Program-made: the position numbers and the translations under genes | Shown: positions 15,238 to 24,713 of the stretch, in pieces | How the letters are laid out: every line of letters begins with the position of its first letter | Position numbering within the stretch: position 1 is the first letter of the stretch | Notes under the pieces: generated by a model | Seen by the model: only the letters and a program-made list of their open reading frames with translations | What the model was told of the DNA's origin: nothing | The model's database searches: none | Source of the DNA: a virus | Taxonomy: Duplodnaviria > Caudoviricetes | IMG/VR virus record: IMGVR_UViG_3300027672_000013 | Location: 1-59,849 of that record | Direction: 5' to 3' (one strand) | Length of the DNA stretch: 59,849 nucleotides

Positions 15238-15244
15238 GGAGAGA

Positions 15245-15268
15245 AGGTGGGGGTTCAAACCCCCACCT
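15245..15268. repeat. Dispersed palindrome copy
   Basis: AGGTGGGGGTTCAAACCCCCACCT after the stop at 15237. Confidence 0.85.
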
Positions 15269-15300
15269 GACTCACCCCCTAAAAAAAACATCTCTATTCA

Positions 15301-15332
15301 TTAGGAATTAGACAATCTTTGTACTATCTTTA
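15301..15332 (+). promoter_or_regulatory. Early promoter 3 with AATTAGACAAT box
   Basis: AATTAGACAAT (15306-15316), 8 nt, TATCTTTA (15325-15332). Confidence 0.7.
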
Positions 15333-15362
15333 CATCATCATTAATCATTTAACACATATACC

Positions 15363-16400
15363 ATGTGCGTAATCATCATCAAACAACAGGCTGACCAAGC
15401 CATTGACCATCACATCATTCGTGCATCAGCACGTATCAACCCTCATGGATTGGGAGTGACATGGCTTGACACATTCGAAACAGAATACCTTAACTCATCA
15501 GACTATGAGGTGCTAAGTATCAACCGACCTTTCATTGCACACTTCAGGTATGCTACGATTGGAGATATCAATGAGCACAATATGCACCCCTTCGTATGCG
15601 GTAACAACAAAGACGAACTGCTCATGATGAACGGAACCATCAAGGGGTTAGGCAACAAGACTGACTGCGACAGTCGGGTGCTTGCACATATGCTTGGCGA
15701 CATTGACCGAGCAGATTGGAAGGACGTACTTGAGCAACACGACTGCCGATTTACAACCATCAACACGAAGACCCGCACGTTCGAGCTGTACAATGAATCC
15801 ATGTGGCACACACACAAGGGAGTCATGTACTCTAAAGCCAACGTGTTATTCAAGCATGACATAGCGGTGTATGGAACACTTAAGAAAGGACACGGCAACT
15901 ACCATAGGTTTCTTGCACAAGCAGAGTTTGTAGGTGCAGGCATCACGCAAGACAAGTACCCTTTGCTTATCGACGGGCTACCCTACCTGCTACCTGAGAA
16001 GGGAGTCGGACATCGCGTAGAGATGCATGTCTTCCGAGTGACAGACGATATGCTTCAGGAGATAGACCATCTAGAGGGACATCCCAATTGGTACGTTCGT
16101 AAGCGAGTAGCTGTTCATGTAGGTAGCGATACCTTCCATGCATGGACGTACTTCAATCCAAAGAAACGAACGGCAAATGATGTGATGCATTCAACATTCA
16201 CCTCACCTAAACCAACGCCTTTGGTTTACGTAGATGCAGATGACGATGAGACCCTACCCTTTGAAGAGGAGGAAGGAACCTATTGCATCGATTGCTATGG
16301 CAACGTGACTAAGGATGAGTCACCCTTTGATACATATACCTGTACCAATTGTCACTCTACATTTGAAGCTCATATCCTTGACCAATACAAATTATTCTAA
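15363..16400 (+). CDS. Class II glutamine amidotransferase fused to gamma-glutamylcyclotransferase (AIG2-like) and a Zn ribbon
   Basis: N-terminal Cys2, NPHGLG, HFRYAT, HPF, NGTI and DS motifs; then VYGTLKKG...IDHLEGHP..Y; C-terminal CIDC...CTNC. Confidence 0.85.
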   Translation: MCVIIIKQQADQAIDHHIIRASARINPHGLGVTWLDTFETEYLNSSDYEVLSINRPFIAHFRYATIGDINEHNMHPFVCGNNKDELLMMNGTIKGLGNKTDCDSRVLAHMLGDIDRADWKDVLEQHDCRFTTINTKTRTFELYNESMWHTHKGVMYSKANVLFKHDIAVYGTLKKGHGNYHRFLAQAEFVGAGITQDKYPLLIDGLPYLLPEKGVGHRVEMHVFRVTDDMLQEIDHLEGHPNWYVRKRVAVHVGSDTFHAWTYFNPKKRTANDVMHSTFTSPKPTPLVYVDADDDETLPFEEEEGTYCIDCYGNVTKDESPFDTYTCTNCHSTFEAHILDQYKLF

Positions 16401-16582
16401 TGATTTTAAAAAAGATAGACTTGGAAAAAAATGAGTACATACTCATTGAGGATAACGAAGGCGGCATCACCTATAACAGATACAGCTCAGACAACACCTT
16501 GAAACAACACCTTGGATTCACAGCATTCACAGACGAAGCCTATTGGGGAGTAGACAATGTGTTTATAAACGTAGAACAATAA
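16400..16582 (+). CDS. Hypothetical protein
   Basis: 60 aa; TAATG coupling. Confidence 0.65.
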   Translation: MILKKIDLEKNEYILIEDNEGGITYNRYSSDNTLKQHLGFTAFTDEAYWGVDNVFINVEQ

Positions 16583-16583
16583 T

Positions 16584-16838
16584 ATGGACAAGAATACAAT
16601 ACCCGACTGCCTTAATTGGATGACCGATGATATGGTAGGTGCAGGAGCACCTGCCGATGCAGGTGAAGCTAAGCTAAACGAATGGCTCTATGAGTTCTTT
16701 GACGAGTACGAATCAGGAATCATGGAGTACATACAAAATGCCATGCAAGAGTTCATGCAATCAAAGCAACCTGTAGAGTACGGAGAGGACGAACGCGGAT
16801 GCGATAAGTACCACCAACAAAAAGATGACACGCTATGA
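16584..16838 (+). CDS. Acidic hypothetical protein
   Basis: 84 aa, in the operon. Confidence 0.7.
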   Translation: MDKNTIPDCLNWMTDDMVGAGAPADAGEAKLNEWLYEFFDEYESGIMEYIQNAMQEFMQSKQPVEYGEDERGCDKYHQQKDDTL

Positions 16839-17119
16839 CTGACATAATCCAACCAACCAAGAAGGGAATAGCTCGTATCATCATGGATGAAATCGTGCTG
16901 AAGACTATCACGCCATCAGGCAAGGAAGACCAAGCTGAACTATTAGATATGGTAGAGGAGGCAGTTGAGGAGTTCTTAACCGAGCTTCACAACCACCTTG
17001 TAGATGAGGATGCCGGGGGTTCAGACCCCCACCCAAGCGAGGGTGCTTGGGAGAATGCAGATAAGATTCTGCACAATGGTAAATGGTACGTGACTTATAA
17101 TGAACTAAATAAAAACTGA
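16835..17119 (+). CDS. Hypothetical protein containing a palindrome copy
   Basis: 94 aa; GGGGGTTCAGACCCCC at 17015-17030 lies inside the ORF. Confidence 0.7.
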   Translation: MTDIIQPTKKGIARIIMDEIVLKTITPSGKEDQAELLDMVEEAVEEFLTELHNHLVDEDAGGSDPHPSEGAWENADKILHNGKWYVTYNELNKN

Positions 17120-17120
17120 G

Positions 17121-17372
17121 ATGGCAACACTAATTAAATCAGACGGGAGTCAGCATGACTACCCAAACTTTGTAGGCTTAGAGGCTAAACAAGATGCAGT
17201 TGGGGGATACATTGAACCTGTATACCTTGACGGAAAAGTATTGGTTGTAAATGAGGAGGGATTAATCACAGACCTCCCGCTAAATGAAACCGCATCATCG
17301 ATGGCTATGCAGACCATAGTCGGAGACGTACTCCTACTTAGTCGAGAGGAGTGGGAAGCAGATAATAAATAA
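17121..17372 (+). CDS. DUF3846-like protein
   Basis: Q.AVGGYIE.V...VNEEG...LPLN..AS...IVGDV pattern. Confidence 0.75.
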   Translation: MATLIKSDGSQHDYPNFVGLEAKQDAVGGYIEPVYLDGKVLVVNEEGLITDLPLNETASSMAMQTIVGDVLLLSREEWEADNK

Positions 17373-17376
17373 TATC

Positions 17377-17730
17377 ATGAAAGAATTTTTCAAAGGTGCG
17401 TATGTAAACGCACGGAACTACGGAGATAGCAAGGCAAGGATAGATGAGTTGAAGAAGATAAACTCTCGTGAGGAGTTCAGACTTCATGACCTAACTATGT
17501 TCGGTATGCTAATGACGAGGAAAGATTTTGAAGCTAATCACGCTCACCTATCTCACTATCTACATAAGGATTGCAAAGATGTGATGATGTACTTACAAGG
17601 CTACTTCCTTCAGGGGTTAAGCAACGGTAAGTTCTACACCAATCAGTTCACCGCGAGAGGAAAGAGTGATAAGAACATCAAGACAATGGAGAAATATATT
17701 TTTGATAAACTTAAAAAATTGTCTAATTAA
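17377..17730 (+). CDS. Hypothetical protein
   Basis: 117 aa, in the operon. Confidence 0.7.
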   Translation: MKEFFKGAYVNARNYGDSKARIDELKKINSREEFRLHDLTMFGMLMTRKDFEANHAHLSHYLHKDCKDVMMYLQGYFLQGLSNGKFYTNQFTARGKSDKNIKTMEKYIFDKLKKLSN

Positions 17731-17764
17731 TCCTTGCAAATAGTATAATTCTTTACTATCTTTA
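17718..17764 (+). promoter_or_regulatory. Promoter with an inverted AATTAGACAAT box
   Basis: ATTGTCTAATT (17718-17728), TTG (17734) and TATCTTTA (17757-17764). Confidence 0.6.
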
Positions 17765-17786
17765 CTACCTCATTAATCTATTCATC

Positions 17787-17981
17787 ATGTCTAAAATTAA
17801 ACAACACCTTGGCGACAGCCAAGATGAAGACAAGTTCTTGGATGACACGTATCGTGTCAAGCAACCAACTATTACGTCAACTCCCTACATCATGGGGGCT
17901 ATTCGTCAAATCTTTGACGACCAACTACTTGCATGTAAACTGCAAGAGCAATCTAAATCTAATGAAACGAGAGATATTTAA
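17787..17981 (+). CDS. Hypothetical protein
   Basis: 64 aa, directly after the promoter. Confidence 0.6.
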   Translation: MSKIKQHLGDSQDEDKFLDDTYRVKQPTITSTPYIMGAIRQIFDDQLLACKLQEQSKSNETRDI

Positions 17982-18258
17982 TGCGTATGTACAAGCTATT
18001 GCCAAACGATTTGACTTAACATCAGAAGAAATATTCACCAAGAAAAAGCAACGGCACTTGGTAGATGCACGGCATGTGCTATACTATATGTGCAGTAAGA
18101 GACCAATGAATCTAAGCTACATCCAAATGTATATGGGTGAGAATGGATACGACATCTGCCATTCGGCAATCATTCATGGTATCAAGAAAGTTACTGCTCA
18201 GATAGAGAAAGACTCAGACTATAAAGGTCTTGTCTCCGACCTCAATAATCAACTATAA
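17962..18258 (+). CDS. DnaA domain IV-like HTH protein
   Basis: Start at ATG 17962; IFTKKKQRHLVDARHVLYY...LSYI...HSAIIHGIKKV resembles Bac_DnaA_C. Confidence 0.7.
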   Translation: MKREIFNAYVQAIAKRFDLTSEEIFTKKKQRHLVDARHVLYYMCSKRPMNLSYIQMYMGENGYDICHSAIIHGIKKVTAQIEKDSDYKGLVSDLNNQL

Positions 18259-18259
18259 C

Positions 18260-18275
18260 GGGGGTTCAAACCCCC
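18260..18275. repeat. Dispersed palindrome copy
   Basis: GGGGGTTCAAACCCCC right after the stop at 18258. Confidence 0.85.
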
Positions 18276-18291
18276 ACTTAAATTAATCGTA

Positions 18292-18900
18292 ATGGAAAAG
18301 AAAAAATCTGTGTTCCAAACCTTGTCGGCTATAAACGTTAAGAGCAAGGTCAAAAGAAAGAACAACTTAAACTATCTGTCATGGTCAGATGCATGGGCTA
18401 TGCTCAAGGAAGTATACCCCGATGCACAACGTGTCATCTACGAGAACGAGCACACAGGATTAAACTATTGGACAGATGGTAAGACAGCATGGGTAAAGGT
18501 TGGGATAGAAGTAGAAGGCATTGAGCATATTGATATGCTTCCCGTCATGGACTTCAGAAATCAAAGCATCACAGCTGAGAAGATGACATCCATGGATGTG
18601 AACAAAGCTATCCAAAGGTCAATGGTAAAAGCTATTGGACTGCATGGGTTAGGCATTGCAATCTACCAAGGTGAAGACTTACCTGATACACCATCAGCTC
18701 CTGAGCCTGTAGCTAAAGAGCTACCGAGTCTTACTATGAAAGGAGAGCAATGGGTAGGTGCTCAGAAATACTTCAGGGATAACCATCACAAGGATATAGC
18801 TTCGCTCTTCAAGCAAGTAGAGAAGTCCTACAAGATTCCTCCTCGTGTAAAGGGTGAGCTTAAGAAGTTGCATGCTGAAGCTGAGAATCAAACAGCATGA
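18292..18900 (+). CDS. Single-strand annealing protein (Sak3/DUF1071, Rad52-like)
   Basis: LNYLSWSDAW, LPVMDFRN, NKAIQR..VKAI..HGLG..IYQGEDLP. Confidence 0.85.
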   Translation: MEKKKSVFQTLSAINVKSKVKRKNNLNYLSWSDAWAMLKEVYPDAQRVIYENEHTGLNYWTDGKTAWVKVGIEVEGIEHIDMLPVMDFRNQSITAEKMTSMDVNKAIQRSMVKAIGLHGLGIAIYQGEDLPDTPSAPEPVAKELPSLTMKGEQWVGAQKYFRDNHHKDIASLFKQVEKSYKIPPRVKGELKKLHAEAENQTA

Positions 18901-19628
18901 GCAACGTCATTGAACTACTCAAGGACGACTCAAATTATTACGGGGCTATTGGAAGGCAGTACTTATCTAACTCAGATATAGGTATACTGCTTTCCAACCC
19001 TAAAGAATTTGGCAAGTCCAAGGAAGACAACATCAACTTCTCTAAGGGCAGGTTGTTTCATCAGTCTATCCTTGAACCTGACAAGGCGAAAGACTTTGTT
19101 CATGTAGACACGAATGTTAGAAGCACTAAGGTTTATAAACAATTCCTTATTGATAACGATGTACCATTCGCTATGCTGACGAAAGAGTATCATGAGATAC
19201 TCGAATCAGTTGACACGATGATAGCTCATTGGGATTTCTTTTCTATGATAAGAAAGGATGGTGCTATCTATGAACAGCCCGCTGTTAAGGAGATACATGG
19301 TAGGATGTGGAAGGGTAAGGCTGACATCGTAACTGACACTCATGTCTATGACCTCAAGACAACGAGTAACATCCATGACTTCAAGTGGTCTGCTCGCAAG
19401 TACAACTACGACAGCCAAGCGTTTATATATGAGACGTTGTTTGGTAAGAGGATGGAGTTCCTTGTCATCGATAAGCCATCAGGATTACTCGGTCACTTCA
19501 CAGCGTCCGATGAGTTCCTCAGTAGAGGGGAAGAGAAAGTAAGGAGAGCTATAGAGATACACGATAAGTTCTTTATCGATAATCCTGTAGAAGACATTGA
19601 TGATTACTACATCAAGGATGTTTTATAA
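18897..19628 (+). CDS. PD-(D/E)XK exonuclease (RecE/DUF3799-like)
   Basis: LSNS, G.LFH..ILEP, KGKAD, DLKTT and YNYDSQA motifs. Confidence 0.8.
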   Translation: MSNVIELLKDDSNYYGAIGRQYLSNSDIGILLSNPKEFGKSKEDNINFSKGRLFHQSILEPDKAKDFVHVDTNVRSTKVYKQFLIDNDVPFAMLTKEYHEILESVDTMIAHWDFFSMIRKDGAIYEQPAVKEIHGRMWKGKADIVTDTHVYDLKTTSNIHDFKWSARKYNYDSQAFIYETLFGKRMEFLVIDKPSGLLGHFTASDEFLSRGEEKVRRAIEIHDKFFIDNPVEDIDDYYIKDVL

Positions 19629-19803
19629 CTACAAAAAAATTCAGATAGAAGTTCCAACTATCTGCTCGACATCGCAAAACAAACAAGACCTAATCGATGC
19701 GGTATCGTTTCATTTGGAACAACAAATTAAAGTGGGTAAACCCACGTCCATTAAATCCATAATCCAATCATGGCTTACGAAAAGAGAATCAATATCCGTC
19801 TGA
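19618..19803 (+). CDS. Hypothetical protein
   Basis: ATG 19618 overlaps the end of the exonuclease gene. Confidence 0.5.
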   Translation: MFYNYKKIQIEVPTICSTSQNKQDLIDAVSFHLEQQIKVGKPTSIKSIIQSWLTKRESISV

Positions 19804-20081
19804 ATACAGACATGCTAGACAAGGAAAAATATTTCCATGGCAAGAAGCACATCATGGCTGACCTCACGCTCATCCCAACACCAACCAACGAGTTCAATGA
19901 ATACATGATTGTTCAGGACTCCAAGGAGAAGGATGCGGAGGGTAACACAGTAAAGGGAATCATTGTGGGCAACGCGAAGGATGCCAACTTTGACAAGGTT
20001 AATAAGCAAGACAACCCTGAACCACCTAAGCCCGCTGTTGCTGAGACAGACGAAAGCACTGACGAGAGTGTTCCATTCTAA
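19770..20081 (+). CDS. Putative single-stranded DNA-binding protein
   Basis: Acidic tail ending DESVPF; follows the annealase and exonuclease. Confidence 0.65.
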   Translation: MAYEKRINIRLNTDMLDKEKYFHGKKHIMADLTLIPTPTNEFNEYMIVQDSKEKDAEGNTVKGIIVGNAKDANFDKVNKQDNPEPPKPAVAETDESTDESVPF

Positions 20082-20085
20082 TGAA

Positions 20086-20114
20086 AGGGGGTGGGGGTTT
20101 AAACCCTCACCCCT
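20086..20114 (+). terminator. Palindrome copy / terminator
   Basis: AGGGGGTGGGGGTTTAAACCCTCACCCCT followed by CTTTTA. Confidence 0.7.
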
Positions 20115-20127
20115 CTTTTATCATTAC

Positions 20128-20265
20128 GAATGTTAGTTTTCAACACCCCCTTACTCTCTCTATATATATTCTCTATCTTTACTTTCCTTCCCTATACATG
20201 AGAATAATATAACATTATTAACATGGTAACTGTTAATCAGTTAGTTACGTCCTCCAATACAACAC
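20128..20265. other. AT-rich origin-like element, copy 2
   Basis: Similar to 9480-9640; directly upstream of the primase-helicase; contains TTATTAACA. Confidence 0.5.
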
Positions 20266-20274
20266 AATACCGAC

Positions 20275-22710
20275 ATGACCCCGACACAAAAGAACACAAC
20301 CATCTTCAGAAACATACATGATACTGATACCGCATACCATATCACGACTACTAAAGCTCTTCAGAGAATAAAGGATGGCGCATCCCGCGAATTAATAAAC
20401 AAGATTCGTAACCGCAACATCAACAAGAGCGAGAGACAAGAGCTAAAGAAACATCTACCTGCCATATGTTTCAGCGGCATCTTTACTAAAAGGAATGACG
20501 CAAGCCTTCAAGAGCACAGCGGATTCATATGCCTTGACTTCGATGACTACGAGAAGCGTAGCGATTTGATGGCTCAGAAGGAACGATTGTCTAAGGACAG
20601 GTACGTGTACTCGGTGTTCGAATCACCATCAGGTCTTGGTCTAAAGGCATTGGTAAGAATCCCACCTGTTGCAGAGAAGCACGTTCAGTTTTTTAATTCA
20701 ATGCAGAAATACTTTGCGAGTCCTCACTTCGATGCGAAGTGCAAGAACGTAGGTAGGGTATGCTATGAATCCTTTGACCCTACCATATATATAAACGAAG
20801 AGTCTGAGGTATGGACTAAGGTTGAGGAGCCTGAGTATGTAGAGGTGGTATCCCATCGTGACCCACCAACCATCCCCATTACGGATGAGAATAAGATAGT
20901 AGACATACTCGTTAAGTGGTGGCTAAAGAAGTACCCTATGGTAGAGGGTTCTCGCAATGCAAATACGTATGTCTTAGCTATGGCATTCAATGACTATGGT
21001 ATTGCTAAGAGCCTATCGTCCCACGTACTGAGGCAGTATTCATCAGAAGACTTTACTTCCGAGGAGATAAACAGAACGATTGAGTCTGCTTACTCCAACA
21101 CAAGTAACTACGGCACTAAGTATTACGAGGATGATGTGCACATCAATCAAGTAAAGAGCTTACTAAAGAGTGGTGTAACAAAAAAAGAAATCCGCTTGCA
21201 ACTAAAGGAGTCCTCCAATCTTGCGAGTGATGTAATTGAATCTGTGCTTACACGGCTTGAGGAGGAGAATGAATCGGTATCCTTTTGGACGAAGAGTGAG
21301 AAGGGGGTTATCAAGATAGACCACCTTGAGTTCAAAGAATTCTTAGAAGACAACGGCTTCTACAAGTTCTGTCCTGAAGGGAGTAAGAACTATGTGTTCG
21401 TTAAGGTGACCAACAACCTCATCGACCACACCTCAGAGAAAGAGATAAAGGATTTTATTCTTAACTACCTGCTGTCATGTGATGACCGCACCATCTACAA
21501 CTTCTTTGCTGACTCGGTTCGATTCTTTAGGGAAGAGTTCCTGACCCTATTATCTACGATTGATATCTATTTCATTGCCGATACCAAGGAGGTGTCATAC
21601 CTATACTATCTAAACTGTGCAGTAAAGATTGGTCTTAACGAGGTGGAGGTTATGGATTACATAGACTTAGGTGGCTATGTATGGAAGGAGCATGTCATCA
21701 ATAGAAACTTTCTGCGATGTGAGTTTAATCAGTGCGACTTCTCTGTGTTCATTGGAAATATATGTAGCAACAATGATGAAAGAAAAGAAACGATGGAGAC
21801 TACCATCGGTTACTTAATGCATGGATACAAGAACCTAAGCTACTGTCCTGCTGTGATATTAAACGATGAGGTAATTAGTGACAGCCCTGAGGGAGGAACA
21901 GGTAAGGGATTAGTGATGAGTGCTCTAGCTCAGATGAAGAAGCTAGTTGTGATAGACGGCAAGGCGTTTGCTTTCGAGCGTTCGTTCCCCTATCAGTTGG
22001 TGTCAGCTGACACACAGATACTGTGCTTCGATGACGTAAAGAAGAACTTTGATTTCGAACGGCTGTTCTCTGTAGTGACAGAGGGCTTGACGTTAGAGAA
22101 GAAGAATAAGGATGCCATCAAGATACCATTTGATAAGTCACCTAAGATTGCTATCACTACTAACTATCCAATCAAGGGTAGCGGCAATAGCTTTGAGCGT
22201 AGGAAGTGGGAGCTAGAGTTACATCAGCATTACAATAAAGACAACACCCCTGTTATGGAGTTTGGCAAACACTTCTTTGCTGATTGGGATGATGAGGATT
22301 GGTGCAAGTTTGACAACTACATGATTGATTGTCTCACGCAATACCTGAATAAAGGATTGGTGAAGAGTGACTTCATTAACCTTGAAATGAAAAAAACATT
22401 ACGCGCTACAGGTGCTGACTTCATGGAGTGGTGCGGTGTAATAAACTCAGGTGAAGAAAACAATCGGTTCTTAGTTCTTCATGAGAAGAACCATATGAAT
22501 CAGATGTATGTAGACTTCATAACAGAGTACCCTGACTATGCCGCAATGGGAAAGATGACAGTCACTCGTCAGCAGTTCCATAGGTGGGTGGTGCTGTACT
22601 CTAAATACAAGTACGGGGTAGAGCCTGAGGTAGGAAGAGATAGTGTAGGGAAGTGGGTTCGTATGAGGTTAAAGCATGAGCTTGAGGTGCAGTCATCTTT
22701 CAATATATGA
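20275..22710 (+). CDS. Primase-helicase (VirE-N/BT4734-like primpol, PriCT, SF3-like ATPase)
   Basis: KKHLP..FSG.F, SGFICLDFD, SPSG.GLK, GSRN; Walker A EGGTGKG and Walker B LCFDD. Confidence 0.85.
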   Translation: MTPTQKNTTIFRNIHDTDTAYHITTTKALQRIKDGASRELINKIRNRNINKSERQELKKHLPAICFSGIFTKRNDASLQEHSGFICLDFDDYEKRSDLMAQKERLSKDRYVYSVFESPSGLGLKALVRIPPVAEKHVQFFNSMQKYFASPHFDAKCKNVGRVCYESFDPTIYINEESEVWTKVEEPEYVEVVSHRDPPTIPITDENKIVDILVKWWLKKYPMVEGSRNANTYVLAMAFNDYGIAKSLSSHVLRQYSSEDFTSEEINRTIESAYSNTSNYGTKYYEDDVHINQVKSLLKSGVTKKEIRLQLKESSNLASDVIESVLTRLEEENESVSFWTKSEKGVIKIDHLEFKEFLEDNGFYKFCPEGSKNYVFVKVTNNLIDHTSEKEIKDFILNYLLSCDDRTIYNFFADSVRFFREEFLTLLSTIDIYFIADTKEVSYLYYLNCAVKIGLNEVEVMDYIDLGGYVWKEHVINRNFLRCEFNQCDFSVFIGNICSNNDERKETMETTIGYLMHGYKNLSYCPAVILNDEVISDSPEGGTGKGLVMSALAQMKKLVVIDGKAFAFERSFPYQLVSADTQILCFDDVKKNFDFERLFSVVTEGLTLEKKNKDAIKIPFDKSPKIAITTNYPIKGSGNSFERRKWELELHQHYNKDNTPVMEFGKHFFADWDDEDWCKFDNYMIDCLTQYLNKGLVKSDFINLEMKKTLRATGADFMEWCGVINSGEENNRFLVLHEKNHMNQMYVDFITEYPDYAAMGKMTVTRQQFHRWVVLYSKYKYGVEPEVGRDSVGKWVRMRLKHELEVQSSFNI

Positions 22711-24170
22711 GTGACTTAATAGAGCGCATCTCAGGATACTCCGATGAGATGATGCACGAGTGGTGCTCGTGCCTTCAAAGGGTAGTGACGCAAGAGAAAA
22801 CAATTAAAGAGGGGCGTGGTAAAAACAAGAGAGAGCGTAAAGTTCTCAAGCATCCCACACAGCCTGATGTATTAGAGAGAATCAACAATAGCGTAGAGTT
22901 CTACAAGACAAGACAAGACATGGAATTTAGTTACCGAGATTACCAAGAAGAAATCATAGACCAAGCAGAGGAGATACTTCTTGAGCATCGCTTTGTTTAT
23001 CTAGGCATGCAAGTAAGGACGGGCAAGACCCTTACAAGCTTAGGTCTAGCCGAGAAGATGTGCGTGAAGCATAAGGATGTTGACAATGTATTGTTCCTAA
23101 CTAAGAAGAAAGCTATCTCAAGTATCACTGACGATTCGAATCTGATGTGTCCCTCGTATAGCCTATTCATAATTAATTACGAGAGCATGCATAAGCTTCC
23201 CGATATCAAATGGGATATGATAGTTATGGATGAGGCGCATGGCATGGGCGCTTTCCCTAAGCCAAGCAACAGAGCGAAGATGGTTAAGGAGTTGATACAG
23301 AAGTGTAAGTCTTATGTCGTGTTGATGTCAGGCACACCAACGCCTGAGTCCTACAGTCAGATGTACCATCAGGTGTATGGTATTAAGACCAACCCGTTTG
23401 CTAAATACAAAAGCTTCTATCGATTCTCTGACGACTACGTAAGGGTGTCTCAGATAAAAATAAACGGTCACTTCAGAAACAATTACCACGATGGACGAGA
23501 GCGTATCTTAAAAGATATGGAGCCGTATACCATTAACTACACACAGAAAGAAGCAGGCTTTAAGGTTGACACAAGGGAGCACATCATCAAGGTAAAGATG
23601 TCTGACAAGACGTATGATTTATGTAAGCGACTGAAGAAAGACTTGGTCATCCAAGGAAAGAAAGAAGTTATCCTAGCTGACACACCCGTCAAGCTTATGC
23701 AGAAACTCCATCAGATGTTCTCAGGCACAGTGAAGTTCGAGAGCGGAGAATATATGGTGATGGACGATACCAAGGCTGTGTTTATTCATGACAACTTTGG
23801 AGATAAGAAGATAGGTATCTTCTATAAGTTCGTAGCAGAACTCGCTGCCTTGAAGAGCGTGTATGGTGATGGGCTTACCACAGATTTGGATGAGTTCAAT
23901 AGCACCGACAAGAGCATAGCCCTTCAGATAGTCAGCGGGCGCGAGGGGATATCCCTACGTCAGGCTGAGGCATTGGTGTACTACAACATAGACTTCAGCG
24001 CAACAAGCTATTGGCAGTCACGCGACAGGATGACAACGAAGGATAGGCTAACAAGCGATGTGTATTGGTTGTTCTCTGAGAACGGAATAGAATCTAAAAT
24101 CTATAAGGCCGTCAAAGACAAGAAGGCATATACCGTTAATCACTTTAAACAAGATGCGGATACTTTGTAA
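22707..24170 (+). CDS. SF2 (SNF2-like) helicase
   Basis: VRTGKT, DEAH, SGTP, GREGISL and WQSRDR motifs. Confidence 0.88.
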   Translation: MSDLIERISGYSDEMMHEWCSCLQRVVTQEKTIKEGRGKNKRERKVLKHPTQPDVLERINNSVEFYKTRQDMEFSYRDYQEEIIDQAEEILLEHRFVYLGMQVRTGKTLTSLGLAEKMCVKHKDVDNVLFLTKKKAISSITDDSNLMCPSYSLFIINYESMHKLPDIKWDMIVMDEAHGMGAFPKPSNRAKMVKELIQKCKSYVVLMSGTPTPESYSQMYHQVYGIKTNPFAKYKSFYRFSDDYVRVSQIKINGHFRNNYHDGRERILKDMEPYTINYTQKEAGFKVDTREHIIKVKMSDKTYDLCKRLKKDLVIQGKKEVILADTPVKLMQKLHQMFSGTVKFESGEYMVMDDTKAVFIHDNFGDKKIGIFYKFVAELAALKSVYGDGLTTDLDEFNSTDKSIALQIVSGREGISLRQAEALVYYNIDFSATSYWQSRDRMTTKDRLTSDVYWLFSENGIESKIYKAVKDKKAYTVNHFKQDADTL

Positions 24171-24181
24171 ATTGTCATCAA

Positions 24182-24421
24182 ATGACAGAGCAACAAATCC
24201 AATCCAAGCGCATCAAACAATTAGAAGCTGAAGGGTACTACGTACTTAAGCTGATGCAAACAAACAAGAATGGGATACCTGATGTGGTAGCTATACCTCC
24301 CAACTCAGGAGTTCTATTCAGCGAAATCAAAACCCCAAAGGGTAGGTTGTCTAAGTTGCAGGAATACAGATTAAAAGAACTTGAAGCTCATGGATTACGA
24401 ACAGAAGTATACAGAGGATGA
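24182..24421 (+). CDS. VRR-NUC domain nuclease
   Basis: EQQIQ...GIPD...EIK..KGRLS.LQ pattern. Confidence 0.85.
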   Translation: MTEQQIQSKRIKQLEAEGYYVLKLMQTNKNGIPDVVAIPPNSGVLFSEIKTPKGRLSKLQEYRLKELEAHGLRTEVYRG

Positions 24422-24713
24422 GAAACCATACGAGTTGGATGAGGATTTTGTTAATCAAATCCGAATTGTCCCTCGTAAAATTCTTGTAAAAATTGTTGCT
24501 ATGCTGCATGACAATGCTGAGTACCTAACGGGAAGTCAGGATGAATACATGGAGATGGGCGGTAACGTAAAAGGAGAAGAGCCTTTCTTTTTTAAGATAG
24601 GCTACGTGTTTTATTATTCAACAACCCCCGTGTTAGTAAGCTTTGAGGAGATTACCTCCGATGATTATCTAGACTTTATATTAGCAGACTCTTATCTAAT
24701 CGATTTAAATTAA
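24390..24713 (+). CDS. Acidic hypothetical protein
   Basis: Start moved to ATG 24390. Confidence 0.65.
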   Translation: MDYEQKYTEDEKPYELDEDFVNQIRIVPRKILVKIVAMLHDNAEYLTGSQDEYMEMGGNVKGEEPFFFKIGYVFYYSTTPVLVSFEEITSDDYLDFILADSYLIDLN

